A stretch of 64,000 bases of DNA from Candidatus Eiseniibacteriota bacterium (GTDB taxonomy: Bacteria; Eisenbacteria; RBG-16-71-46). Below are positions 11,399 through 20,605 of this stretch, piece by piece. A program made the translations under genes and the position numbers. A model generated the notes under the pieces. It saw nothing but the letters and a program-made list of their open reading frames with translations. It was not told where the DNA came from and did no database searches. The stretch is taken from contig CAVUWA010000010.1 of the NCBI GenBank assembly GCA_963744995.1, positions 512,001 to 576,000 of the forward strand. Direction: 5' to 3'. How positions within the stretch are numbered: position 1 is the first letter of the stretch; every line of letters begins with the position of its first letter.

Positions 11399-11677
11399 TC
11401 AGCTCTGCGCGACCATGTCCTTCAGTTCTTTCGACACCTTGAACACCGGAACTTTGCGCGGTGGCACCGGGACGGCTTCACCGGTGCGCGGATTACGGGC
11501 GATCCGCGACTTGCGGTCCTTCACTCGGAACGTCCCGAAGCCGCGGATCTCGATGTGGTGACCGTCTTTCAGCGCGCGAGCCACGGCCGAGAGGAAATGA
11601 TCCACGGTCTCGGCGACATCCTTCTTGGTAAGACCGGTCCGTTCGGCAATCTGATCCACGATATCGGCCTTCGTCAT
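11399..11677 (-). CDS. HU/IHF family nucleoid-associated protein
   Basis: MTKADIVDQIAE, IRGFGTF, ARNPRTGE, VPVFKVSKELK. Confidence 0.93.
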   Translation of the reverse strand: MTKADIVDQIAERTGLTKKDVAETVDHFLSAVARALKDGHHIEIRGFGTFRVKDRKSRIARNPRTGEAVPVPPRKVPVFKVSKELKDMVAQS

Positions 11678-11745
11678 CTCGCCCTCCTCGCCCCGACCCT
11701 GTCCGGGGCGGCAGCCCCGCCGGCAGGCATAGCGAACTGATCGGC

Positions 11746-11775
11746 AGGCTAGCAAGCTGGGGGAAAACCTGTCAA
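11746..11775 (-). promoter_or_regulatory. Putative sigma-70 promoter of the HU gene
   Basis: Minus strand TTGACA-N18-TAGCCT with TG extension. Confidence 0.6.
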
Positions 11776-11803
11776 TCAGTTTTTGGACAAGGCGTTGCGC
11801 GAT

Positions 11804-12790
11804 TCAGTCCGAGCCGGCCCCCGGCCCGGTGCCAGCGCCCGGCGCCGCTCCGGTGGGCCCGCCCAGCGCCCGGCGCCGCGCGGCCTCGATCGGGTGAGCC
11901 GCGCCGGCCGCCACGGCACGGTCCAGCGCCGGCCGGCCGCGGGCGGATTCCGCCAGCCATTCCCGGGCGAAAGCGCCGCTCCGGACCTCGTCGAGAATCT
12001 CCTCCATCGCCCGGCGGGCGGCCGGCCCGATCACCCGCGGGCCGCGGGTCAGGTCGCCGTAGAGCGCGGTGCCGCTGATCGCCTTGCGGAACCCGGCCAC
12101 CCCGCGCTCGTGCAGCAGGTCGGCGAGATACTTCACCTGGTGCACGCACTCGAGATAGGCGACTTCGGGCGAATAGCCGCGGCCGACCAGCGTATCGAAC
12201 GCGGCCGTCACGAGCGCGTTGAGCCCGCCGCACAGCACGGTCTGCTCGCCGAACAGATCGATCTCGGTCTCTTCGCGCACGGTGGTATCCACGAGCGGAG
12301 CGCAGCCGACGTGCCGCGCATAGTCGTGCGCCACCTCGCGCGCGCGCCCGGTGGCGTCCTGGTGCACGGCGATGTAGGCGGGCAGCGTGGCGCCGGATTC
12401 GCGCACCCGGCGGAACGCGGGGCCGGGCCCGGTCGGCGATACCAGCACGACATCCAGCCCCTCCGGAAAGTCGAGGTTCCCGTAGAGCAGATTGAAGCCA
12501 TGGGCGAACACCAGCGCCGCCCCGGGCGCGAACGCCGGTCGGAGCCCGGGCCAGGCGCCGCCGACCGCCTCGTCCGGGATCAGCATGGCGCTCGCCCGCG
12601 CACGGCGCACGGCGTCCGCTGGGGCGAGCGTGGTGAAACCCAGCGCCCGGGCGCGCGCCTCGGACGGCCCGCCCGGGCGGGCGCCCACCAGCACCACGAG
12701 CCCCGAGTCGCGCAGGTTCTGCGCCTGTGCGGCTCCCTGACTGCCGAACCCCAGTACCGCGACGGTCGCGCGGTCGAGCGGTGCGTTCAC
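11804..12790 (-). CDS. ilvC: Ketol-acid reductoisomerase (class I)
   Basis: VLGFGSQGAAQAQNLRDSG, FAHGFN, EETEIDLFGEQTVLCGG, AYLECVHQ, ISGTALYG; start approximate. Confidence 0.9.
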   Translation of the reverse strand: MNAPLDRATVAVLGFGSQGAAQAQNLRDSGLVVLVGARPGGPSEARARALGFTTLAPADAVRRARASAMLIPDEAVGGAWPGLRPAFAPGAALVFAHGFNLLYGNLDFPEGLDVVLVSPTGPGPAFRRVRESGATLPAYIAVHQDATGRAREVAHDYARHVGCAPLVDTTVREETEIDLFGEQTVLCGGLNALVTAAFDTLVGRGYSPEVAYLECVHQVKYLADLLHERGVAGFRKAISGTALYGDLTRGPRVIGPAARRAMEEILDEVRSGAFAREWLAESARGRPALDRAVAAGAAHPIEAARRRALGGPTGAAPGAGTGPGAGSD

Positions 12791-12884
12791 GGTCGCCTCC
12801 ACGGCCGCCCGCGGCGCCGGCGGCGGCCCGATACGCGGACGCCGCGCCAGGGAATCCCCGTGCGCGGCGTCCGGAAGAGCGCGG

Positions 12885-14327
12885 TTACTTGCTCTCGGCC
12901 GTGGCGTACTTCGAAGCGGCGCTCCAGTCGGACTTGACCTGCAGCGCACCGCCCTTGAAGTGGAAGGCCACGTTCTTGCCCCAGTAGAACCAGCTCTCGT
13001 ACTTCTCGCCGTCGGCCTCCCACGGGATCACCTCGTCGGGCGCGCCCATGCTGGCGAAGGTCTTGCCGGCGTTGCTGGTCTTGGTTGCCGCGCCCGCCTG
13101 TGCCGCCGGGTCCGCGACCGGCTTCCCCTTGCTCAGCGCGAGGTAGACCATGAGCTCTTCGGTGGCCTTCTCGTTGTCGTTGGCCTTGGTGTAGACCGCG
13201 CCCAGCTGCCGGTGGATCGTCGGCTCCTTCGGCTTCCTGGCCAGCGCCTTGAGCAGCGCCTCGACCGCCTCCTGCGTCTTGCCGACCTCCGAGAGCGTCG
13301 CGGCGTAGGCGGTCAGCGCGTCGATGTCGTCAGGTCGTTTGCTGAGCGTCTTCTCCCACTGACCGACCGCGTCCTGCCAGTCCCCGGCGTTCTGATAGGC
13401 GAGCGCCGCGTTGAACGACAGATCGGCGTCGCCGCCGCGCAGCTCCGCGGCCTTCGCGTAGGCGCCGGCGGCCTCCTTGAAAGCGGCCTTGCGGGCGTCG
13501 CTCTCGAGCGTCTGCGCACGGCGGAAGCGCGCGTCCGCCTCGCCCAGGTAGAGGTCCGGATCGTTCGGCGAGGTCTTGATCAGGTCGGCGAAGTAGCCGA
13601 TCGCCTCGTCGTACTTCTTCGCGTCGATCAGCTTGTTCGCGTACTGGGTCCTGACGCCCTTCAGCGACTGCGCGAGGTTCGAGTCCGCCGGCGCCGCCTC
13701 GAGGCCCTTCTGGAACACCTTCGCCGCTTCTTCGTAGCGCCCCATGAGCGCGTAGGCGATGCCGAGGTTGCGGGCGGTCAGCGGGTCGGCCGGCTTGAGG
13801 TCCGCCGCGTGCTGCAGCGACTGGATCGCGGCCTCGTAGTTCTTGCCCGCCTCGGCCTTCAGCGACTTCTCGCTGTCGTCCGCAGGTTCCTTCTCGTAGG
13901 GGTCGAACAGCTCGCGCGCGGTGTTGATGCTGCCGATCCCGGAGTTGAAGGCGTTGGCCCAGTAGGACTCGCGGTTGTTCTTCACCCACTCGACCTTCTT
14001 CTTGTCGCCCTTGGCGGTGAGCCCGTCGATGGCCTTCTGGAAGGCGACGCCGGCCTTCTCGAAATCGCCGATCTCGGCGTACGCCCACCCCAGATATCCG
14101 ACCGCCTCGAAGTCCTCGGCGTCCTCGCTCGAACAGATCTCGAGCTGAGCGACCGCCTTGTGCATCTGGCGCTCGTAGTCCTCCATGTTGCCCTTGTCCT
14201 TGTCCTTCATTCCGTTGACGACGTACTGGATCCCGCCCGCGCAGTGCGGATTGCGGGCGAACGCCGTTCCGGCCGGAATGATGAGACACAGCGCAGCGGC
14301 ACCCATGGTGATGATGCGCAGCTTCAT
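12885..14327 (-). CDS. Secreted TPR-repeat protein
   Basis: Sec signal ending AFA, multiple TPR-like helices (LGWAYAEIGDFEKA, NLGIAYALMGRYEEA, NAALAYQNAGDWQDA); GAGGAGG RBS. Confidence 0.8.
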   Translation of the reverse strand: MKLRIITMGAAALCLIIPAGTAFARNPHCAGGIQYVVNGMKDKDKGNMEDYERQMHKAVAQLEICSSEDAEDFEAVGYLGWAYAEIGDFEKAGVAFQKAIDGLTAKGDKKKVEWVKNNRESYWANAFNSGIGSINTARELFDPYEKEPADDSEKSLKAEAGKNYEAAIQSLQHAADLKPADPLTARNLGIAYALMGRYEEAAKVFQKGLEAAPADSNLAQSLKGVRTQYANKLIDAKKYDEAIGYFADLIKTSPNDPDLYLGEADARFRRAQTLESDARKAAFKEAAGAYAKAAELRGGDADLSFNAALAYQNAGDWQDAVGQWEKTLSKRPDDIDALTAYAATLSEVGKTQEAVEALLKALARKPKEPTIHRQLGAVYTKANDNEKATEELMVYLALSKGKPVADPAAQAGAATKTSNAGKTFASMGAPDEVIPWEADGEKYESWFYWGKNVAFHFKGGALQVKSDWSAASKYATAESK

Positions 14328-14339
14328 GGGAAACCTCCT

Positions 14340-15071
14340 CTAGGTCAGGCGGTTGCCGTTGACCATGAGACCGAACGTCGTCCCCAGGTACTTGGCCGCC
14401 TTCCGAGACGCCAGCATGCGGGTCATGAAGATCTCGAAGTACTCCATGACCTGCGAGATGCCGGTGTCGATCGTCAGCTCCAGCGTGATCTGCTTCTGCG
14501 TTTCATCCACGTTCAGGAAGCTCTTCTCCACCGCGTAATTCACCCGGTCGTGGATGTCGAAATTGATCATGTCCGGGTTGCGCACGCGGGTGCGGTGCAC
14601 GTCGCTCTTGTCGGCGAGGATCACCGCCGCCGCAACCGGGCTCACCGGGTCGCCGTCGTTCTCGTGATGGTTGCCGATGGCGCCCATGATCCGGACCAGT
14701 TCTTCGTCCGGTATCTTCATTTCCGTCAGCAGCTGCATGGACATCACCGCCCCGGTCTGCGCGTGCTGCTCGCGATTCACGCAGTTGCCGATGTCGTGCA
14801 GGTAGCCGGCGATCGCCGCCAGCTCGGCCTCGCGCTCCGGGTAGCCGAGCCGCTTGAGCGTGTTGTAGGCGATGTGGGCGACGAGGCCGACGTGGCGCTC
14901 GCCATGTTCGGTGTAGCCGATCTCGGCCAGCGCCTCGTCCGCCGTTCGCACGAAGAACTTGACCCGCGGATGGGCGCGCACCGATTCGAAGGTGACCAGG
15001 TGCGCCGGGCCGTCCATGCGCGGCGTGGCGGCCGTCGTAACGAGCGGATTCGTGTCGGGTCGTTGGGTCAT
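14340..15071 (-). CDS. HD-domain phosphohydrolase
   Basis: TEHGERH, YLHDIGN, GNHHE, ILADKSD motifs; start uncertain. Confidence 0.82.
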   Translation of the reverse strand: MTQRPDTNPLVTTAATPRMDGPAHLVTFESVRAHPRVKFFVRTADEALAEIGYTEHGERHVGLVAHIAYNTLKRLGYPEREAELAAIAGYLHDIGNCVNREQHAQTGAVMSMQLLTEMKIPDEELVRIMGAIGNHHENDGDPVSPVAAAVILADKSDVHRTRVRNPDMINFDIHDRVNYAVEKSFLNVDETQKQITLELTIDTGISQVMEYFEIFMTRMLASRKAAKYLGTTFGLMVNGNRLT

Positions 15072-15136
15072 GGGACTCTCGATGGGTCCAGATAGCGGGA
15101 AGGATGCCAGCGTGCCAGCCCGGGGAGAGGCTTGGC

Positions 15137-15166
15137 AATCTAGGCTTGCAAATGACGATACGTCAA
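15137..15166 (-). promoter_or_regulatory. Putative sigma-70 promoter of the HD/TPR genes
   Basis: Minus strand TTGACG-N18-TAGATT in an AT-richer intergenic patch. Confidence 0.5.
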
Positions 15167-15248
15167 GACGTCCGGGGATCTTCCCGGCGCGCGGAGCAGG
15201 TTGACGAAGCGCGGACTTGCGGCACATCCGCCGCACCGCTGTCGCCAT

Positions 15249-17243
15249 TCAGAGCACATCCACCGGGTCCACGTCCACGATCACCTTCACGCTGCGCGGG
15301 CCCGGCTCACGGGCGGCGGCGTCGAGGGCCTGCTGTGCCGTGCTCCTGAGCCTGCGGGCGTCGCCGCCCTTGAGCAGCACGTGCCAGCGGTGGCGGCCGC
15401 GCAGGCGCGCGAGCGCCTGGGGGGCGGGACCGAGGACCGTGACGTCGTCCCCGGCGACCTCGCGCGCCGCCGCCGCGTGGGCCTCCGCGATCCGCTCGAC
15501 CGCGTGCTCCTCCTTCCCGGAGAACAGCAGCGACAGCAGCCGCGCGTACGGCGGGTAGCCGGCGTCGCGGCGCTGGGCGAGCTCGTGATCGAGAAAACGC
15601 TTCACGTCGCCGAGCACCGCGGCCGCGACCGCGGGGTGATCCGGCGTGCAGGACTGCACCAGCACCTCACCGGGGCGCCGCCCGCGCCCGGCGCGGCCGC
15701 TCACCTGCACGAGCAGCTGCCAGGTGCGCTCGGCCGCGCGGAAGTCCGGCAGGTGCAGCGCCACGTCCGCGTCCAGCACGCCGACCAGCGTGACGTTCGC
15801 GAAGTCCAGGCCCTTGGCGATCATCTGCGTGCCGACCAGGACATCCGCGCGACCCTCCGCGAAGTCCCGCAGCACTTCGGCGGACCTGCCGCGGGCACGC
15901 GCGACGTCGGTGTCGAGGCGCAGCACCCGCGCCTGCGGGAACGCCTGCACGAGCTCGCGTTCGACGCGCTGGGTTCCCGCGCCGCCGAAGCGCAGCAGGG
16001 CGGCGCCGCACACGGGGCATTCAGCGCTCGCCGGCTGGCGGTGGTCGCAGTAGTGGCAGCGCCACTCGTGCGGCGCGAGGTGCAGCGTGAGCGTGATGTC
16101 GCAGTGCGGGCATTCGGGCACGAACCCGCACTGCCGGCACTGGGTGTAGTGCGAGTGGCCGCGCCGGTTGAGGAACAGCATCGCCTGCTCGCCCTTTGCG
16201 AGGCGCGCCCCGATCGCGGCCCGGAGCGGTCGCGAGAGCAGCGTGCCGGTGCCCTCGCGGCGCAGGTCCACGATGTCCACGGTCGGCATCGCCCGACCGT
16301 CCACGCGGTGCGCCAGCACCAGGCGTGCGTATTTGCCGCGCGCGGCGTTGGCGAGCGACTCGAGGCTCGGCGTCGCCGAGCCGAGCACCACCGGAATTCC
16401 GAGCATCTGCGCGCGCCGGACGGCGGTGTCGCGCCCGTGGTAGCGCAGCTGCTCGCTCTGCTTGTAGGCGGGCTCGTGCTCCTCGTCGACGACGATCAGG
16501 GCGAGCTTCGGCAGCGGCGCGAAGATCGCCGAGCGCGCGCCCACCACCACGTCCAGCGCGCCGCGGCTCGCCAGCTCCCAGTTGCGGCGCCGCTCGCCCA
16601 CCCCGAGGTAGGAGTGCAGCACGCCGACGCGACCGCCGAAGCGGCGCCGGAACGTCTCCACCACCTGTGAACCGAGCGCCACCTCGGGCACCAGCACCAG
16701 CGTCTGGCCCCCCGCTTCACGCGCCGCGCCCGCCGCACGCAGGTAGACTTCCGTCTTGCCGCTGCCCGTGACCCCGTGCAGCAGGATCGGCGCGAAACGC
16801 CGCGCGCGCACCGCGTTCTCGACCTCCCCGGCCGCCGCCTTCTGTTCGGCGGTGAGCGTGATGCGCTCCGGCAGCGCCATGCGAACGACGGGATCCTCGG
16901 CCGCGCTCCTGCGCGCGCGGCTCCCCGCGAACCCTTCGAGGCCGCCCGGCAGGGCGGAAGCCAGCACCTCCCCCGGCGGCGCCATGTAGTAGTCGGCGAT
17001 CCAGCTCGCGAGGGCCATCAGGTGCGGCGAGAACAGCGGCGCGCCGAGCACGTCGGCGATCTCGTGCACGCGTTCGAGCGCGGTCGTCGTCACGCGCTCG
17101 ACGAGGAACCCGCGCACCTTGCGGCCGCGGAACGGCACCACCACCTGAGCGCCCGGCCGCGCCCGGCCCTCGAGCGCTTCCGGCACGCGATACGTGAAGG
17201 TCTGGCGAACGGGCAACGGCAGCGCGACGAGCGCGAAGGGCAT
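15249..17243 (-). CDS. priA: Primosomal protein N' (replication restart helicase)
   Basis: HGVTGSGKTEVY, VDEEHE, GSATPS, FLNRRG, four CxxC pairs, GTQMIAKGLDF, QVSGRAGR, VDVDP. Confidence 0.96.
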   Translation of the reverse strand: MPFALVALPLPVRQTFTYRVPEALEGRARPGAQVVVPFRGRKVRGFLVERVTTTALERVHEIADVLGAPLFSPHLMALASWIADYYMAPPGEVLASALPGGLEGFAGSRARRSAAEDPVVRMALPERITLTAEQKAAAGEVENAVRARRFAPILLHGVTGSGKTEVYLRAAGAAREAGGQTLVLVPEVALGSQVVETFRRRFGGRVGVLHSYLGVGERRRNWELASRGALDVVVGARSAIFAPLPKLALIVVDEEHEPAYKQSEQLRYHGRDTAVRRAQMLGIPVVLGSATPSLESLANAARGKYARLVLAHRVDGRAMPTVDIVDLRREGTGTLLSRPLRAAIGARLAKGEQAMLFLNRRGHSHYTQCRQCGFVPECPHCDITLTLHLAPHEWRCHYCDHRQPASAECPVCGAALLRFGGAGTQRVERELVQAFPQARVLRLDTDVARARGRSAEVLRDFAEGRADVLVGTQMIAKGLDFANVTLVGVLDADVALHLPDFRAAERTWQLLVQVSGRAGRGRRPGEVLVQSCTPDHPAVAAAVLGDVKRFLDHELAQRRDAGYPPYARLLSLLFSGKEEHAVERIAEAHAAAAREVAGDDVTVLGPAPQALARLRGRHRWHVLLKGGDARRLRSTAQQALDAAAREPGPRSVKVIVDVDPVDVL

Positions 17244-17492
17244 GGGAAGGTCGTTCGGAATCGGGAGTCGAGCGGGGTTTCACGCCGGGAGCCGGCGGGC
17301 CATGGGGCCGTCCGCACTGTGGGGCGGTTGATCTCCGAGGGCAAGCCGGAAGGAGGACGGGCCGGCCGGGGGCGGCGGGCGGTCGCAGCACTGGCGCGCG
17401 ACCGCGCGATCGGCAGAGTCGTGGCGCGCGACCCCGTTCAGGTCGGGCGCCGGACTCGCAGCGCGGCCGGCGGCCGCCTGCGCACCGGCGCC

Positions 17493-17888
17493 CTACGCCT
17501 GCATGCGCTGCTGGCTCGACTGGCCCAGAATCGCGTTGATCCGCTCGACGAGCTTGCGGGGGCTGAACGGCTTGGTGATGTAGTCGTCGGCACCGACCTC
17601 GAACCCGATCTTCTGGTCGACGTTGCGTCCCTTCGCCGACAGGAGGATGACCGGGATACCCTTGGTGGTCTCGTCCGACTTGAGCATCTTGCAGGTCTCG
17701 TAGCCGTCGAGCTTCGGCATCATGATGTCGAGCACGATGAGGTCGGGGCGTTCGGCTCTGGCCTTCTCGACCGCCTGCTCGCCGTCGAGCGCCGTGAGGA
17801 CTTCGTAGCCCTCCATGCCGAGACTGAAGTCGAGGATGTGGACGATGTAGATCTCGTCATCCACGACCAGGATCTTGCCTTTCGCCAT
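17493..17888 (-). CDS. Single-domain response regulator (REC)
   Basis: ILVVDDE, LDIMMPKLDG, LSAK, YITKPF; no output domain; GGGAGGTG RBS. Confidence 0.92.
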   Translation of the reverse strand: MAKGKILVVDDEIYIVHILDFSLGMEGYEVLTALDGEQAVEKARAERPDLIVLDIMMPKLDGYETCKMLKSDETTKGIPVILLSAKGRNVDQKIGFEVGADDYITKPFSPRKLVERINAILGQSSQQRMQA

Positions 17889-17893
17889 GCGAT

Positions 17894-20605
17894 TCACCTC
17901 CCGTCCGTCGAGGCGGCGCGCGACTTCCGGTCGGCCCGCCGCGATGCGTCTTCCTTCGCCATGGCCGCCAGCATGCGCGCAAACGCATCGACGACCGCCG
18001 GGTCGAACTGCTGCGCCTTGAGGCGGTGCAGCTCGTCCAATGCCTCTTCCCTGGACACCGCGGCCCGGTGCGGGCGGCCGACGGTCATGCTCTCCCATGC
18101 GTCCACCACGGCCAGGATGCGGCCACCGATCGGGATGGCTTCACCGGCGAGCCCGCGGGGGTAGCCGCTGCCGTCCCACCACTCGTGGTGCGACAGGACG
18201 ACGTCGCGCACCACGCCCATGGCTTCGAGCGGACGCAGCAGTTCGGCGCTGAACTCGGGGTGCCGCTCGACGGCTTCGCGGGTGCGATCGTCCAGCGTCC
18301 CACCCGTACCGACCAGGTCCTCCCCGACGCGGTTCATGCCCACGTCGTGGATGCTCGCCGCGAAGCTGATCACGCCGACTTCCGATTCTTCGAGCTGCAG
18401 CTCGCGCGCCAGTGCGCGCGCGAGGCGCACGCGATCCGGCGCGTGGCGGCGGCCGCGTTCCATGTGCAGCAGCACCTGACGCATGGCATTGGCGGTGCCT
18501 TCGACGCCCAGCTGGGTCGCTTCCATCGACAGCGCCTGCTCCCACGCCCGCGACACGCGATCGGCCAGATGCAGCAGCAGGTGACAGTCTTCGGCGTTGA
18601 ACGGCGCCTCGCTCGCCGGATCGGTGACGCTGAGCACGCCGATCAGGCCGTCGCGGCCCTCGAGCGGCACCGACAGGAATGTGCCGCTGCGATACTGATC
18701 GCGGCCCGACGCCCATGCTTCGTCGCTCTCCGTCTCGCCCGACACGCACACCGGGCGGCGGTGGGTCGCGACCCAGCCGGCGACGCCCTCGCCCTGCTGG
18801 ATCCGGGTCTGGCGCACGACGTGCTCGTCGAGGCCGATCGCCGCCTGGATCGCGAGCGAGCCGTCCGGTTCGGGCGCGAGCAGCGACACCACGCGCGCGT
18901 TCATCACTTCGGACACCATCTCGAGCGCGAGGCGCAGCACGTCCTCCGAAGCGGCGTGCCGCTTCGGATTCGGGCGCAGCGCGACCCGCGGCCCCGTCCG
19001 GCGCGGCATGACGACCGTGAAGCGCGATCCATTGCCCTGCCTGCTCTCCGCGAAGATCCGGCCGCCGTGCCAGTCCACGATGGACTTGCAGATGGCGAGT
19101 CCGAGCCCGGTGCCGCCGTAGCGGCGCACCAGCGAGGAGTCGACCTGATAGAAACGCTCGAACACGCGCTCCAGGGACTCCTCGGGAATCCCGATGCCGG
19201 TGTCCTCGACCTGCAGCGTGATCTCCCGGGCGTCGCCCGTCAGGCGCAGCGTCACGCGTCCCCCCGCTGGTGTGAATTTGACCGCGTTGCTGCCGAGATG
19301 CAGCGCAAGCTGCCGCATCTGGTCGCGATCCGCGTCCACTCGGGTATCGGCCGCCTCCAGCATCACCTTGAGGTCCACCTGGCCGGCCTGCGCCACCGGG
19401 GCCAGCAGGCGCCCGGTCTCCTCGACGATCTCGGCCATGTCCACGGGCTGGCGCAACATGCGCATCGCGCCCGAATCGAACCGGTTGAGGTCCAGAACCG
19501 ACTCGATCAGCCGGGTGAGCCGCTGGCTCTCCTCGCTGATGATCGACAGGAAGCGCTGCAGCTGCTCCGGCGGCAGATCGCCCTCGCGCGCCGCCATCAG
19601 CGTGTCGACGTAGGCGCGGATCGCGGTCAGGGGCGTGCGCAACTCGTGCGACACCGCCGAGACGAAATTCGATTTGAGCGCGTGCATCTCCTGCATGCGC
19701 TGGTTGGCGTCTTCCAGCTCGCGGCTGTGCTCCTCGAGCTCGCGATACAACCGCGCGTTCTCGATCGCCACCACCGCGTGGTGCCCGAAGATCTCCAGCA
19801 GCTCGATCGACTCCCGGGACGGCACCATGCGATCGACCGGATCGTCCACCGAGAAGTACGCCTGCAACTCACCCTTGCGGTTGAAGAGCGGCACGATCAG
19901 CACGTCGTCTTCGTGCCACTCCCATTCCTCGCGCGGCCCGAGGGGCGCGCGGTAGCCGTTCGGCAGCTCCTTGCTGAACGAGTGCGCGTGGCTGATGAAG
20001 AACGACCGGCTCACCTTGAATTCGTCACGCAGCCACGAGAGGAACGTTTCGAGCTCCACGTCGTGGGCCTGCAGCTCCATCTGGGCCTGGGCGCTGATGC
20101 CCGCGAACGCACGCGCACGCAGGCGGCTGGTGCCCGGCTCGCGCAGGCGGATGAGCACCATGCCGAAGCCGAGGCTCTGCTTGATCGTGCTCGCCAGCGT
20201 CTCGAGCATGCTGTCCAGGTCGAGGTTCGAGCTGATCTTCGAGATGTTCTCGAGGATCTCGTGCAGCTTCTGCGCGCGCTTGCGGTTCTCCTCGACCTGA
20301 CTGAAGTACAGCCGGCCCAGGCGCTGGCGGGTCGAGACGAGATCCGCCACCTGGCGCTGCAGCTCGCCGACGTCCGACGTCGGCGGCGGGGCGAGGTCGC
20401 CGCCGAACGCATGCGCCGCCGGCGCGGCTGCGGCCGCGACCTCGGCTTCGGCGCGCTCGCGTTCGTGGAACGCCTCCACGCTCGCGCGCTCGCAGCGTGC
20501 CGTGGCCGGGGGACCGGCTTCCGCGTCCGGCTGCGTCCCGGGGTCGCGCGGAAGCGGCTGCGGGTCCTCCGCCGGCTCGTGCTTCTTCTTCCCGCGCTTC
20601 TTCAT
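17894..20605 (-). CDS. GAF - histidine kinase - GAF - HD-GYP fusion protein (paralog 2)
   Basis: SHELRTPLT, NAVKFT, DTGIGI, GTGLGLAI; GEGVAGWV GAF; IHDVGM, HHEWWDGSGYP; ATG 20605 overlaps the upstream stop (ATGA). Confidence 0.88.
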   Translation of the reverse strand: MKKRGKKKHEPAEDPQPLPRDPGTQPDAEAGPPATARCERASVEAFHERERAEAEVAAAAAPAAHAFGGDLAPPPTSDVGELQRQVADLVSTRQRLGRLYFSQVEENRKRAQKLHEILENISKISSNLDLDSMLETLASTIKQSLGFGMVLIRLREPGTSRLRARAFAGISAQAQMELQAHDVELETFLSWLRDEFKVSRSFFISHAHSFSKELPNGYRAPLGPREEWEWHEDDVLIVPLFNRKGELQAYFSVDDPVDRMVPSRESIELLEIFGHHAVVAIENARLYRELEEHSRELEDANQRMQEMHALKSNFVSAVSHELRTPLTAIRAYVDTLMAAREGDLPPEQLQRFLSIISEESQRLTRLIESVLDLNRFDSGAMRMLRQPVDMAEIVEETGRLLAPVAQAGQVDLKVMLEAADTRVDADRDQMRQLALHLGSNAVKFTPAGGRVTLRLTGDAREITLQVEDTGIGIPEESLERVFERFYQVDSSLVRRYGGTGLGLAICKSIVDWHGGRIFAESRQGNGSRFTVVMPRRTGPRVALRPNPKRHAASEDVLRLALEMVSEVMNARVVSLLAPEPDGSLAIQAAIGLDEHVVRQTRIQQGEGVAGWVATHRRPVCVSGETESDEAWASGRDQYRSGTFLSVPLEGRDGLIGVLSVTDPASEAPFNAEDCHLLLHLADRVSRAWEQALSMEATQLGVEGTANAMRQVLLHMERGRRHAPDRVRLARALARELQLEESEVGVISFAASIHDVGMNRVGEDLVGTGGTLDDRTREAVERHPEFSAELLRPLEAMGVVRDVVLSHHEWWDGSGYPRGLAGEAIPIGGRILAVVDAWESMTVGRPHRAAVSREEALDELHRLKAQQFDPAVVDAFARMLAAMAKEDASRRADRKSRAASTDGR

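Noticed and set aside
15133..15150. TGGCAA...TTGCA on the plus strand as a sigma-54 site
   Set aside because: Spacing is 7 rather than 5 bp and it faces away from the downstream gene; a minus-strand sigma-70 reading fits better.
17392..17433. 12-bp direct repeat TGGCGCGCGACC, 30 bp apart, upstream of priA
   Set aside because: Only two short GC-rich copies; compatible with chance and not a CRISPR or iteron array.
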